NCBI RefSeq assembly: GCF_009914755.1
Contig: NC_060928.1
Source of the DNA: the human T2T-CHM13v2.0 reference genome, Homo sapiens
Reading direction: 5' to 3' (one strand)
Length of the DNA stretch: 64,000 nucleotides
This document shows, piece after piece, positions 41,075-55,174 of the stretch (within the stretch, counting starts at the first letter, position 1; each line of letters starts with the position of its first letter). The notes under the pieces were generated by a model. That model made no database searches, was not told the DNA's origin, and saw nothing but the letters and a program-made list of their open reading frames with translations. Made by a program: the position numbers and the translations under genes.

Positions 41075-44000
41075 TCAATAGATGCAGAAAAGGCATTTGA
41101 CAAAACCCAGCATCCCTTTATGATTAAAACCCTCAGCAATATTGACACAGAAGAGGCACACCTTAAGGTAATAAAAGCCATCTATGACAAACCCATAGTC
41201 AACATTATACTGAATGGGAAAAAGTTGAAAGCATTCCCCCGAGAACTGGAACAAGACAAAGACGCCCACTTTCACCACTTTTATTCAACATAATACGGAA
41301 GTTCTAGCCAGAGCAATCAGATAAGAGAAAGAAATAAAGGGAATCCAAACTGATAAACAGGAAGTCAAACTGTCGCTGTTTGCTGATGACATGATCATAT
41401 ACCTAAAAACCCTAAAAACTCCTCCAAAAAGCTCCTAGAACTGGTAAATGAATTCAGCAAAGTTTCAGGATACAAAATTAATGCACACAAACCAGTAGCT
41501 CTGCTATACACCAACAGTGACCAAGCTGAGAATCAAGAACTCAACCCCTTTTACAATAGCTGCAAAAAAATAAAAATACTTAGGAATATACCTGACCAAG
41601 GAGGTGAAAGACCTCTACAAGGAAAACTACAAAACACTGCTGAAAGAAATCACAGACGACACAAACAAAGGCAAACACATCCCATGCTCATGGATGGGTA
41701 CAATCAATGTTGTAAAAATGACATCCTGCTAAAAGCAATCTACAAATTCAATGCAATTTCCATCAAAATACCACCACCATTCTTCACAATTAGAAAAAAT
41801 AATCCTAAATTTTGTATGGAACCACAAAAGAGCCTGCAAAGCCAAAGCAAGACTAAGCAAAAACAACAAATCTGGAGGCATCACATAACCTGACCTCAAA
41901 CTATATATAATACTATATAAGGCCATAGTCACCAAAACGGCATGGTAGTGGTATAAAAATAGGCATATAGACCAATGGAAGAGAATGAAGAACCCAGTAA
42001 TAAAGTCAAATACTTATGGCCAACTGATCTTTAGCAAAGCAAACAAAAACATAAAGTGGGGAAAGGGCACCCTATTCAACAAATGGTGCTGGGATAGTTG
42101 GCAAGTCACATGTAGAAGAATAAAACTGGATCCTCATCTGTCATCTTAGACAAAAATCAACTCAAGATGGATCAAAGACTTAAATCTAAGACCTGAAACC
42201 ATAAAAACTCTAGAAGATAATATCAGAAAAACCCTTCTGGACACTGGCTTAGGCAAAGACTTCATGACCAAGATCCCAAAAGCAAATGCAACAAAGACAA
42301 AGATAAATAGATGGGACTTAAACTAAAAAGCACAGCAAAAAATATAATCAGGACAGTAAACAGACAACCCACACAGAGTAGGAGAAAATCTTCACAAAGT
42401 ATGCATCTGATGAGGGACTAATATCCAGAATCTACAACAAACTCAAATCAGCAAGAGGAAAATAAACAATCCCATCAAAAAGTGGGCTAAGGACATGAAC
42501 AGACAATCCTCAAAAGAAGATATACAAATGGTGAACAAACACATGAAAAAATGCTCAACATCACTAATTACCAGGGAAATGCAAATCATAACCACAATGT
42601 GATACCACCTTACTCCTGCAAGAATGGCCATAATCAAAAACTCAAAAAATAATAGATGTTGGTAGGGATGTGGTGAAAAGGGAACACTTTTACACTGCTG
42701 GTGGGAATGTAAACTAGTACAACCACTATGGAAAACAGTGTGGAGATTCCTTAAAGAACTAAAAGTAGAACTACCATTTGATCCAGCAATCCCACTCCTG
42801 GGTATCTACCCAGAGGAAAATAAGTCATTATACAAAAAAGATACTTGCACACATGTTTATAGCAGCACAATTTGCAATTGCAAAAATATGGAGCCAGCCC
42901 AGACGCCCATAAATCAACAAGTAGATAAAGAAAATGTGGTATCTGTATATACCACGGAATACTACTCAGCCATTAAAAGAGTGAAATAATGGCACTCGCA
43001 ACAACCTGGATGGAATTGGAGATGATTATTCTAAGTGAAGTAACTCAGAAATGGGAAACCAAACATCATATGTTCTCACTCATAAGTGACAGCTAAGCTA
43101 TGAGGATGCAAAGACACGAGAATGATACAACATACTTTGGGACCTGGGGGGAGAGGAAGGGTGGGAGGGGAGTGAGGGATAAAAGACTACATATTGGGTA
43201 TCGCGTACACTGCTTGGGTGATGGCTGCATGGAAATCTCTGAAATCACCACTGAAGAATTTATTCATGTACTAAAAAATAAAATAAAATACCCCCCCCCC
43301 CAACAAAAACAAAATACCAATGCCATTCTTCACAGTTAGAAAAAATAATCCTAAAATTCATATGGAATCAAAACAGAGCCCAAATAGCTAAAATAATCCT
43401 GAGCAAAAAGGACAAAGCTGGGGGCATCACATTACCTACATTTAAAATTTATTACAAGGCTATAGTAACCAAACAACATGGTATTGGTACAAAAATAGAC
43501 ACATAAATCTAGGGAACCCAGAAATAAAGTCACATATTTATAACCAACTGATCTTTGACAAAGCTGATAAGAACATACACTGGAGAAAGGTCATGCTTCT
43601 TCTTCAATAAATGGTGCTGGGAAATCTAAAAACCCATCCTAAATAAGGATGAAACTGAACCCTTATCTCTTGCCATATACAAAGAAAACAAAAAATCAAA
43701 ATGGATTAAAAACAAACATAAGACTCAAACTTTTAAAAATACTAGAAGAAAACCTAGGGAAAACTATCCTGGGCATTGGTTTAGGCAAAAAATTTATGAC
43801 CAAGATCTTGAAAACACAGGCAACAAAAACAAAAATTCACAAATGGGATTATATTAAACTAAAAAGCATAGCAAAAGAAACAATCAACAGAGTGAAGAGA
43901 ATCTGTTGAATAGAAGAAAGTATCTGCAAACTATTCACCCTAAAAAGGACTAATAGCCAGAATATACAAGAAACTGAAACAACAGGCAACAAATAATTCC

Positions 44001-44917
44001 CTTAAAAGGTGGACAAAGGACATGAGTAAGCATTTCTCAAAAGAAGACATACAAATGGTCAACAAGTATATGAAAAAAATGCTCAACATCACTAGCAATC
44101 AGAGGCAAATCAAAACCACAATGAGATGTATCTTACCCCAGTCAGAATGGCTATTATCAAAAAGACAACAAATAACTGATGTAGGCGAGGATGTGGAGAG
44201 AAAGGACCTCTTACATACTATTGGTGGGAATGTAAACTAGTACAGCCACTATGGAAAATAGTATAGAGAGTTCTCAAAGAAACTAGAATTACCATTCAAT
44301 CCAGCAATCCCACTACTGGGTAAGTACCCAAAGGAAAAAAAAAATCAATATATCAAAGGGGATACCTGCACTCACATGTTTATTGCAGCACTATTCACAA
44401 TAGCAAAGATATGGAATTAACTTAAGTGTCCATCAACAGACCAATAGATAAAAAAAAAAAACAGGTGTATATACACACAATGGTATACTATTCAGCCATA
44501 AAGAATAATGACATCATGTCATTTGCAGCATCGTAGATGAAACTGGAGGTCATTATCAAGTGAAATATGCCAGGCACAGAATGACAAACATTGCATATTC
44601 TCACTTATATGTGAGAGCTAAAAAAAATATGATCACATAGAGGTAGAAAGTACAAACACCAACAGGGAAGGGTGAGACAGAGGGAGGAGGATGGAAGGAG
44701 GGAGGATAAAGAGGACTGGGTTAAAGAGTACAAACATACAGTATGATAGAAGGAATCAATTCAATGTTTGATAGCCCGAGTAGGGTGACTATACTCCACA
44801 AAAGATGTATTGTACTAAGCTGATGGACACTCTAAGTATCCTGGCTTGATCACTCTGCATTATATACATGTAACAATTTCTCATGTACCCCATAAATGTG
44901 TACAAGTAATAAAAACA

Positions 44918-45068
44918 AGGCTGAGACAGGAGGATCACTTGAGCCCAGGAATCTGAGGTTATAGTGTGCTATGATCACATCACTGCCCTCCAGCCTAGGT
45001 GACAGAGTGAGACCCTGTCTCTAAAAATAAATGAATAAATGAATAAATACAATTAAAAAAATAAAAAA
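44918..45068 (+). mobile_element. Alu right-arm fragment (J/FRAM-like)
   Basis: 'ggaggatcacttgagcccagga...gtgagaccctgtctc' plus A-rich tail. Confidence 0.85.
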
Positions 45069-45071
45069 GTA

Positions 45072-46100
45072 ACTACAATAAAATGAACAACCAATTTAAT
45101 AATGGGCAAAAGATCTGAAGATACCTCATCACAGAAGACATATAGATGTTAAATAAGCATATGAAAAAATGTTCAACATCATATTTCAGGGAACTGGAAA
45201 TTAAGCCAACAATAAAATACCAGTACACATCTATTAGAATAGCCCAAATCCAAAACACTGACAACTTCAAACGTGGGTGAAGATGTGGAGCAACAAAAGC
45301 TCTCATTAATTGCTAATGGGAATGCAAAATGGCATAGCCACTTGGAAGACAGTTTGTCAGTTTCTTACAAAATGAAACATACTCTTACTGTAAGATCTTG
45401 CAATTATTCTCCTTGGTATTTACCCAAATGAGATGAAAACCTATGTTTACACAAAAACATGCATATGCATGTTTACAGTAGCTTTATTCATATAATGGCC
45501 AAAATTGGAAAGAGACCAAGATGTCCTTCAGCAGGTGAACGCATAAACTGTGGCACATCCAGACAATGGATTATTCAGTGCTAAAAAGAAACAAGCTCTC
45601 AAGCCATGAAAAGACATGGAGGAACCTTAAATGAATATTACTAAGTGAAAGAGGCCAGTCCAGAAAGGCTATATACCATATCATTCTAACTATATGACAT
45701 TCTGGAAAAGGCAGTAAAAGGAACAGTGGGGACAGTAAAAGCAACAGTGGTTGCCAGGGCCTTGAGGGAAGAGATAAATGACTAGGCGGGGCACAGGGGA
45801 TTTGTAGGGCAATGAAAATACTGTATATGATACCATAATGGTAGATACATGTCACTACACATTTATCCAAACCTATAGAATTTACAATACCAAGAGTGAA
45901 CCCTCATGTACAGTCTAGGGTTTGAGTGATAATGATGTGTCAGTGTAGATCATGGATTGTTACAAATGTACCACTCTGGTGGGGGATGTTGATAATGGGG
46001 AGGCTATGTGTGTGTGTGATGGCAGGGTGTATATGTGGACTCTATCTTCTGCTGAATTTTGCTGGGGACTTAAAATTGCTTTAAAAATAAAGTCTATATG
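45072..46100 (+). mobile_element. Old L1M (L1MB/MC-like) 3' region
   Basis: 'gggcaaaagatctgaa', 'ctaagtgaaagaggccagtc' and 'gggatgttgataatgggg'. Confidence 0.8.
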
Positions 46101-46328
46101 AAATATATTAAATTTTTTTTCAGAACAGCAAAAATATATGCAAGCTAATTCTATGATTATTAAAAATGGAAGTCCATCATTTTTTATTTTTTATTCAAAG
46201 CTTTAACTCCTCAAACAAGTTTCTAGGTAGAAGATGATTCCAAACTATACAAGAAAGGATGTGATTCGGGTTTTGTAAACTGGACATTTATCAACCATTT
46301 AAAGTGGAAGGTCTTAAAGGCTCTCTTT

Positions 46329-46705
46329 TTTAAAAAAAATTATTTATTTATTATTATACTTTAAGTTCTAGGGTACCTGCGCACAATGTGCAGGTTTGTT
46401 ACATAGGTATACATGTGCCATGTTGGTTTGCTGCTCCCATCAACTCATCATTTACATTAGGTATTTCTCCTAATGCTATCCCTCCCTCAGCCCCCCACCC
46501 TGCAACGGTGTGTAATGTTCCCCTTCCCGTGTCCATGTGTTCTCATTGCTCAACTCCTACTTATGAGTGAGAACATGCGATGTTTGGTTTTCTGATCTTG
46601 TGATAGTTTGCTGAGAATGATGGTTTCCAGCTTCATCCATGTCCCTGCAAAGGACATGAACTCATCCTTTTTTATGGTTGCATAGTATTCCATGGTGTAT
46701 ATGTG
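46329..46705 (-). mobile_element. 5'-truncated L1PA 3' end
   Basis: 'ttattatactttaagttctaggg..' antisense L1PA 3' UTR; TSD ttaaag(g/t)ctctcttt at 46314 and 46706. Confidence 0.93.
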
Positions 46706-47812
46706 TTAAAGTCTCTCTTTATTCCCTTATCACTGAATATTACTTTTGGGATGTGGAAGATCTTTACAATACACTTTAAAATTGTATCCCAATCTTCTTT
46801 TTATTTAATATTTCTCTGACTAGTCTAAGCTCCTGACAAGTCTTAGGTCTTATCTTCCTATCTCCAAAATGCAGTTCGAACTGTGATGGTAGAATGCATA
46901 CAATGAAAAAATGTTAGGTGTTTTAATCGATGAGAATACAAAATCAAAAGAATTCTAAAACTAAATTCATGAGACATCATGAAATAATTCTACCAAAATG
47001 CTTTAAAATCAAGGCATTCAAAAATTGCATTTCATTGTCTTTAAACCAAGGCATTTAACATTCTCAAAATGAATTTAAATAATAGGCTTGAGCTTCTTAA
47101 GTTCAATTTCCGAGTTTCTATGAGACAAAGCAAGGTTGTTGACTCTATTCAAAATAGGAATGTTCCAAGTTGGGAAGGTTATAAACTAGGTAAATGGAAA
47201 GAACAGTTCAGAAGGAAAATGCTGACTCATCTCAATTAAAAAAAAGGGCCCTGGTCAGATTTCTCATTTTCCCATGAGTATAAATATATTTAACTGGAGA
47301 AATTCAGTTAGAATAACATATTACTATTTCTGTCAATATAAGCTGCCAATATACCAAAGCCATGTCAGAAATTGTTATAATTAAAACAATGCAAGACAAA
47401 TTAGTCCCATGACATAATTATGGTAGTAACTGTGATCTAATTTTCCCCCATTTCTATGCTCTTAAAAAATTAGATTCAAACTAGAGTGAATCACATTCTA
47501 ATACAATTTTTAAATATTTTCTGTATTTAACTGTCTTCTAACAATTTATATAGTATAAACCTCAAATATTATGTATCAAAAATTGAATTATAAAAATAAC
47601 CTAGGCCAAACTTTTTCAAAGCACCAAATTTACCCAGAAGGAATTCCACATTTCACCAGAAGAGGCTGAACACTATTACTATAAAACACCAACAAAAGTG
47701 GATGTCAGCAACTTCATGTTAAACATCTGTGTTACATTTCCATAGAATGCCTAACATATACATTATAAACCATCATAAATTATAACTGTAAAAAATAAAA
47801 ATAAAAACTTAC

Positions 47813-47882
47813 AGCTCCTTTGCAGTAGAGTCGTAACTTTCCAGATGGAGTGCGAACAATCACTGACATTCTTTTCCTAGCA
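47813..47882 (-). CDS. ATP8A1: ATP8A1 coding exon, 70 nt, (S)[23 protein letters not shown]
   Basis: tttcag|T acceptor, GCT|gtaagt donor; RKRMS and KGA nucleotide-binding motifs of P-type ATPases. Confidence 0.97.
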
Positions 47883-48775
47883 CTGAAAGAAAGAGGTTTT
47901 GCATAATGTGTCATCATACCAAGGATATGCATGTATGTGTTTGTCATGCCTCACATATTTTGATATTCACAGTAAAAAAATAAATCTGACCAAATCATGA
48001 GCCCTAACCTTCCACATACACAAACTATCCCTTGGGTGTACAGCTGGGCACCTGTAAAAGTTACATTATGCTTTTAAGGCACCAGGGTACCATCTACTCT
48101 TCTAGTGGAATAGTTGACAAAATAGTTCCTAAGAAACCTACAAGAGCTCATACCCACCAGAGTAAAGTCCTAGTTCAATGTTTTCGGATTTGAAAAAATA
48201 TTTAAGTTGGTTTCTTAAAGGATAAATTATGTTATAGTTTTTATGAAAAATAGAAATATCAATACAAATCAATTGTTATTAAAAATACAAATGACAATCA
48301 GTGACACCCCATCACACATGAAGGCAAATACTAGTACTTTAAAAAACAACTTAAGCATTCACAACTAGTTTTTCAATGATGACTAGCAAACCACTGGCAT
48401 CATGCTAAAAACTTAATTTATGCAGCAAAATTAAGCTAAAGAGCACAAATATTTTAATACTGTTGATGACATAGTTTAATAAGAACTGTCTGTCAAATGT
48501 ACATCTTTCAATGCATTAGTAAAAAGAGATAGCAAATAACACTGAATGGAAGAAACTGCGACAGCATTACAAAGGATAGGACTCATTTGGACCATGAGTG
48601 TGTAAGCATCCTCCTCAGAACTGAGGGCAGAAGAGGACTACTCAAATGTCTGTATCTATTTGTTTTACCAGCTAAAAAACTGAGATGAGTTCAATATGCA
48701 GAAGCAGTCAGTTATGGTATCATAGTGTACAGTCAGGAGTTTCTTTCAGAGGTATTTAGAAATATTTCAGTTCCC

Positions 48776-49099
<324 letters not shown>

Positions 49100-49586
49100 T
49101 TATCCATAATGCTCCTGGTATTACTACCCCAGTCTCTATCCCTGTACATCAGGAATACATTTAATTGGGCCTCCTTTGTAATGACACCTATACATTCTAC
49201 GTTAGCCCTTCCTGATTCATGCCTCTTTTACTCCAGCTTTGATAATGTGGTCCCAAACTCATCAATGTCCTTGCTCTTCTCTTTTCCTGGTGAAACCTCC
49301 AAATATTGGGTGAATGAGAACTCTCTTTGGTGTTACATCAAAGTAGGTAGATGTTGCTGAAGAAAAGTTACCCGGCCATAGAGACTAGCAAATACATGAT
49401 ATACAACACCAACTGGGTGCTCCTTACTGCCCAGTAACCCAGCACATTCCAACAAGCTTGCTCTCTTGCACTGTGCAGGGCTACAGCACACCTTCTCCAT
49501 TCTCCAAGTCTCCCGCGTTCCCTCCTCACCCCAGAAGCTTGACAAAAATTCACCTTGATAAAAACCTCAGATAAGAAATCCCTTTT

Positions 49587-49883
49587 TGCCCGGGTATGGT
49601 GGCTTACGCCTGTAATCCCAGCACTTTGGGAGGCTGAGGCAGGGGGATCATTTGAGGTCAGGAGTTCGAGACCAGCCTGGCCAACATGGTGAAACCCTAT
49701 CTCTACTAAAAATTCAAAGATTAGCCAGGCATGGTGATGTGCACCTGCAATCCCAGCTACTTAGGAGGCTGAGGCATGAGAATAGCTTGAACCTGGGAGG
49801 CGGAGGTTGCAGTGAGCTGAGATCGAGCCACTGTACTGCAGCCTGGGTAACAGAGAGACACTCTGTCTCGGTTTGGGGGTGGG
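49587..49883 (+). mobile_element. AluS with a G/T-rich tail in place of poly(A)
   Basis: Dimeric Alu; perfect TSD aagaaatccctttt at 49573 and 49884. Confidence 0.93.
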
Positions 49884-50140
49884 AAGAAATCCCTTTTCTT
49901 TCTGCCATTAAAACCTGCATATCTATGTGTGCACCATCTCCTCCATCTTTTTTCCTGATATGATGGAAGAAACATTTTCCTCTTATCAGAGGCCTTCCTT
50001 ACACATGCCTGTGAACCTCCTCTCATCTCACTTTCTCAGTAACCTCGGTCCAAAGGTTATGCTGTTCTCCCCAGAATCTGCCTCTTCTCCTTCTGTAAGG
50101 ATCCTGGTGATAAGCATTTAACATACTCTGTTCTCGCCCC

Positions 50141-50499
50141 GCAGCCATAAAAAATGATGAGTTCATGTCCTTTGTAGGGACATGGATGAAGCTGGAAACC
50201 ATCATTCTCAGCAAACTATTGCAAGGACAAAAAACCAAACATCACATGTTCTCACTTACAGGTGGGAATTGAACAATGAGAACACATGGACACAGGAAGA
50301 GGAACATCACACACCGGGGACTGTTGTGGGGTGGGGGGAGGGGGGAGGGATAGCATTAGGAGATATACCCAAAGCTAAATGACGAGTTAATGGGTGCAGC
50401 ACACCAACATGGCTCATGTATACATATGTAACAAACCTGCACGTTGTGCACCTGTACCCTAAAACTTAAAGTATAATAAAAAAAAAAAAAACAAAAAAA
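50141..50499 (+). mobile_element. 5'-truncated L1PA 3' end
   Basis: 'ggggtggggggaggggggagggatagcattagg...cctaaaacttaaagtataataaaa'. Confidence 0.94.
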
Positions 50500-50559
50500 C
50501 TCACCCGATGCAACCACTCCTCCATTAAGCCACATCCCTTTTCAACTCTTTCACATTTC

Positions 50560-51470
50560 ACCTTCTCTAAACCATCACTCATCTATCCCCTTCATTCCCA
50601 GTCTTTTCCTTTTTCTTCTCTCCTCACCATTACAATGAATAGCTACATTCAACAAATACTTCTCAAACTTCTTACCTAACCTTGCAGCAGTCTCCGACAC
50701 AGATGACCACTCTCTCTTTGAATCCTCTTCTCCTGGCTCTGTGCTATGACCCTCTCTCTGTCCTCTACATCTTTAACAACAAGGTTGTCTCTTTTGCTGA
50801 TTCCTCTTTTTCTAATCAACCCTTACCCTCATGGCTTAATCTTCAGCCTTCCATTTCCCCCTCATTTTATATCTTCTCTTCAGGAGATCCCATTCAGTTT
50901 TATGACTTCAAATACCACTTACCAACCACTGACTGCCAAATTGCTATTTCAGCCATAGATTTCTCTTTTGTTTCAGGCCCTTATATTCAACTGCTTGCCT
51001 GATAGCTCTGCTTGTATGTCTCACAGTCATCTAAAACCTAAGACTTCAAACATTTCAACCTCCACATCTATTCCTATTCCCACTTCTGCCATCTGTGTAA
51101 ATGGTACCTCTATCTACCCAGTTGTTCATGCCAGAGACCCTCACCCCTTCCTCGTTTCGCCTTCTACTGCCAATCCCTCACAAAGTCTCTCAGATATTCC
51201 TCTACAAGGTACACGGATTCTATTAACTTCCTTTTATTTTCACTACCATCATCCTAGTCTAAACCACTAATGTCTTTCATAGGGACTATTTAACAGCATC
51301 ATATTCACTTTTCTCATGTTCATTCTTAAACCCACCTTCATCATTGAGTCCTGAAAGAACAGAAACTCCCAACCCTGCTTTATTTTTTTCTTCATGGCAC
51401 TCATCACCTAGCATAGTGCTTTCTAAGTGTGGTTTAAAAAACGTATCTAAATGGCAATTAATAGACTACT
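50560..51470 (+). mobile_element. L2 fragment
   Basis: Pyrimidine-rich L2-like sequence ('tgacttcaaataccactta', 'atattcaactgcttgcctga', 'tacccagttgttcatgccaga'). Confidence 0.6.
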
Positions 51471-52294
51471 TAATGACAGTCTACAGATATAATACAAATA
51501 AGCTTGGGAAAAGCAATCACTCTGACATGAAAAGAAAGAGACGAGGAGTGCACTTTGAAAATACTCCATTCTGTTTATTCAATGTATTCATCTTCTTTGG
51601 GCTTTTCAGAGTATCTAAGTTAAAAAAAGCTTTAAATAATAAGTCAGACAGACTGCATTATTTTTGTTATTAACCACTGGCATATGGTCACTCCTAATCA
51701 AGACAGCAACAAAAGTTGGCACAGAAAGAGAAATGCCTTTCCTAAGCAATGTACAAGTTTGTCTTATGCAGAAGAAAGTTCAAGAAAAATGATGGACACT
51801 TATTTCCTTGAGCAGCAGCATTACTTCCTCATGGCCTTAATTCTGTGAAGTGTCCTGTGAATGGTCACGCAGTCTTTAAAGACCCTGCAGCAAGGGCCTC
51901 TCTGCCTCAAGAATGCAGGTAAGCAGGTTACATTGTCACGTGGGAGTAAGAGGCTGAAAACTCACAGGCTTATCACTGATTATAACTGAAGGGATCTATT
52001 ATTCGACCTTAAGAAATAAAATAAGTAGGACAATCACTTTGCTTTCTGTCCTTTCCTAACAGATGGTAACTGGTCTTATACTTAACAGAGACAAGAATAC
52101 GGTTTTTCAAATCCTGAAGACAATTAGATATAATGAGCATACAATTAGAATGCCGGCTTCCTGATCCCGACTCATCTCCACCCCACATAAATCTGATGCC
52201 TCTAAACATAATTGTGTTTCCAGATCACCAGCCATAAGACGCATGGCCGTATACGCTGGGCTTGTGAATCAGGCAGCTATATTTCAAAACGATT

Positions 52295-52669
52295 TCTTTT
52301 TCTAAATTTTAAAATTGATACACAGTATTTGTACATATTTATGGGGTATATGTGATATTTTGTTAGATGCACAGAATTTATAATGATCAAATTGGGGTGT
52401 TTGGGATATGCAAGATCTTGATTATTTAATACTTGTATGTCTGGGAACATTTTAAGTCCTCTCTTCTAGTATTTTGAAATACACAACACATTGTTGTTAA
52501 CTATAGTTACCCTACTTTATTATCAAACATCAGAATTTACTTCTTCAACATAACTGTGTGTTCATACCCATTAACCAACCTCTCTTTATCCCTTCCCCTC
52601 CCACTCACACATCCTTCCCAGCCTCTGGTATCTATCATTCTACTCTTTACCTCCATGAGATCAACTTTC
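52295..52669 (-). mobile_element. L1MA 3' UTR fragment
   Basis: 'ttgtacatatttatggggta...cattctactctttacctccatgagatcaacttt'. Confidence 0.85.
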
Positions 52670-52908
52670 AAAAAGACTTTAAAACTGCAACCAGTAGTCA
52701 CGCATTGCAATACTCTGAAGAAAGTGGTTTGTAATTTATCTACAGATAATGAGAATAAAAAATGTACTAAAGATTTTGATTTAATATTTTGTCTAAACAA
52801 ATTTAGTTAAATAAAAACAAAACATACTTTCTAGTTATTCAAAAGGGAAAAAATAAAAATGGATATAAATTTATCTTATCCATACAAATCACTGAGCAGA
52901 TGTTTTAC

Positions 52909-52958
52909 CTGGTAAACTCCAAGACATTGAGCAATTCATATCTTTCTTCCTGCCCCAG
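52909..52958 (-). CDS. ATP8A1: ATP8A1 coding exon, 50 nt, LGQEERYELLNVLEFT(S)
   Basis: ttcttag|CTG acceptor, CAG|gtaaaa donor; start of the N-domain EFTSxRKRMS motif. Confidence 0.95.
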
Positions 52959-53403
52959 CTAAGAAGAAAAGGAATATATAATTACATACAGTTGGAAAAG
53001 TCTTAAGCTTCTAGGAAATAAATCCTAGCCATAAAATTTTACTGTAAAAAATGCCAACACAAACAAATTTTCCCTGCTGAAATATGGAAGGGAGCTTACT
53101 AACTTTTACGTAAATTGAGTTACAGGAAACAGAAAATCCAAAACAGGAGAAAACCAAAAGGAAAACCAAAAAGTGTCACCGAAGAGTTCTTAGAATATAA
53201 CCTGTCCAGACAAGAGAATGGAGGGCTTCAAAAGGGATGTCGTAAGGAAAGAACTGCCAATGAACAGATTATGTGGTGTGACTGTATTGAGAAAAGTATA
53301 CTAGAAAGTATGGGAACAATTAATATAGATAATAGGGGGGAAAAAAAGGGAAGCAATGAAACAAACAGGTAAGAGATTTATCTTTAGAAAATGATGGAAA
53401 AAG

Positions 53404-53706
53404 TGGCCAGGTCTGGTGGCCATGCCTGTAATCCCAGTGCTTTGGGAGGCTGAGGTGGGAGAATCAAAGGAGCTCAGGAGTTCAAGACCAGCCTTGGCAA
53501 TATAGCAAGACCCCATCTCTATTAAAAAAATAAATTAAAAAAAATATCAGGTGCGGTGGCACATGCCTATCTATAATCCCAACTATTTTAGAGGCTGAGG
53601 CAGGAGGGTCACTTGAGCCCAGGGGTTCAAGGCTATGGTTAGCTATGACTGCACCACTGCACTCCAGCCTGGGTGACAGAGCAAGACCCCATCTCTAAAA
53701 AAAATA
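53404..53706 (+). mobile_element. AluJ
   Basis: 'cacttgagcccaggggttcaaggct' and 'gcaagaccccatctc'. Confidence 0.92.
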
Positions 53707-53834
53707 ATTGGTGTTGGGAAACACAAAATTTAAAAAACAAAAAAATAATTACCAAATACAACGATGTTCAGCTATGAATACTGTACAGGTAAAATAGAAG
53801 GCAATACTACACAGAAACTAAATAATAATTTTTA

Positions 53835-54752
53835 AATGAGACAATTTATATATAATAAAATGCACAGACCTTTAACACAGAGTCAAATGAAAATTGTGCA
53901 GTGTGGTAATTAGCACCCCAATCAAGATATAAAATATTCCCATCCTATAAATCCCCTTGTGCCCTTTTCCAATCAACCTCTTCCCTGCCCTGAGGCAACC
54001 ACTGTTCTGAATTCTATCACCATAAATCACTTTTTCCTGATCTTGAGCTGCATAAAAATGAAATTAAAAAGGATGCACTCCTTTGTGTCTGGCTTTTTTT
54101 TTTTTTGCTCGGCATAATGTTTTTGATTCATGTTTTGATTCATTTTTCATCCATGCTGTTGATGAATCAATAACTCATTCTTTTTTATTGTTTAGATGTT
54201 CCATTGTGAGACTGTATCACAATTTGTTTATCCATTCTTCTATTGATGGGCATTTGGTTTGGTTTCTAGTTTTTGGCTACTCTGAATAAAGCTGATAGGA
54301 GCATTTTGTTACAAGTCTTTTTAGAAACAGAAACTTCCATTTCTGCTATATAACTATGAGCACAATTGCTGGCTCAGGTGTAAGTTTACCTCAATTAGAC
54401 AACTCTGTAAGGTTTTCCAAAGGGACTTTACCACTTTACACATCTGCTAGCAGTATATGAGTATCCCACTTGTTCTACACACTCATTAACATTTGGTGCT
54501 ATCCATTTTTAAAATTTAGTCTTTAGAAAATAAAAGAAAAAGTGGCCAGGTGCAGTGGTTCATGCCTGTAATCCCAGTGCTTTGGGAGGCTGAGGTGGGA
54601 GAATCACTTGGGTAGGTATGTAGTGCCATCTCACTGTGGTCTTAATTGTATCTCCCCAATGACTAACAATGTTTTTTCACATGCTTATTGGCCATCCATA
54701 TAGCTTCTCTTGTGAAATGTTGGCTCAAGTCTTTTGCCCACTTTAAAACTTG
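53835..54752 (-). mobile_element. Old L1M 3' fragment, interrupted by a partial Alu copy at 54520-54610
   Basis: 'aggcaaccactgttctga', 'tttatccattcttctattgatgggcatttgg' and 'tgcttattggccat'. Confidence 0.75.
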
Positions 54753-55091
54753 GGCCTGAGTATTTAACTAAAAATTGGAATAAAATCATAATAATTTGAG
54801 TATGAGGAAGGATAAACTAAAAGGATGGTGATTCAAGAGATACACCCTCATGTAACAGAATCAGAAGATACATTAAAATTGAAGAGTCAAAACATGTATT
54901 AATAGTCACCTTTATTTTTTGAAAATATGAGATGTATAAATGCCTAAAGAAATAGCTAAAAGAACACCCAGTAGTTGCTTCTGGAGTGGGGAACCTCTAT
55001 TTTACTATGAGCCTTTTGGTATTACTTTATCTTTGAAGCTATGCAAATGTATTACTTGGATTAAAAAGAACCTTAAAAACAACTAACTTAC

Positions 55092-55174
55092 TGAATCTAT
55101 AATCACCGAGTCGGGTGTTCTTCCAGTGAAAACAAAATTCAATTGCTTGGCTGCTCTGACCAATGCTCCCTCAT
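55092..55174 (-). CDS. ATP8A1: ATP8A1 coding exon, 83 nt, (D)EGALVRAAKQLNFVFTGRTPDSVIIDS
   Basis: aaacag|AT acceptor, TCA|gtaagt donor; completes the SPDEGALV motif in frame. Confidence 0.96.

Noticed and set aside
50327-50349. G-quadruplex-forming run
   Set aside because: Standard feature of the L1PA 3' UTR, not specific to this locus.
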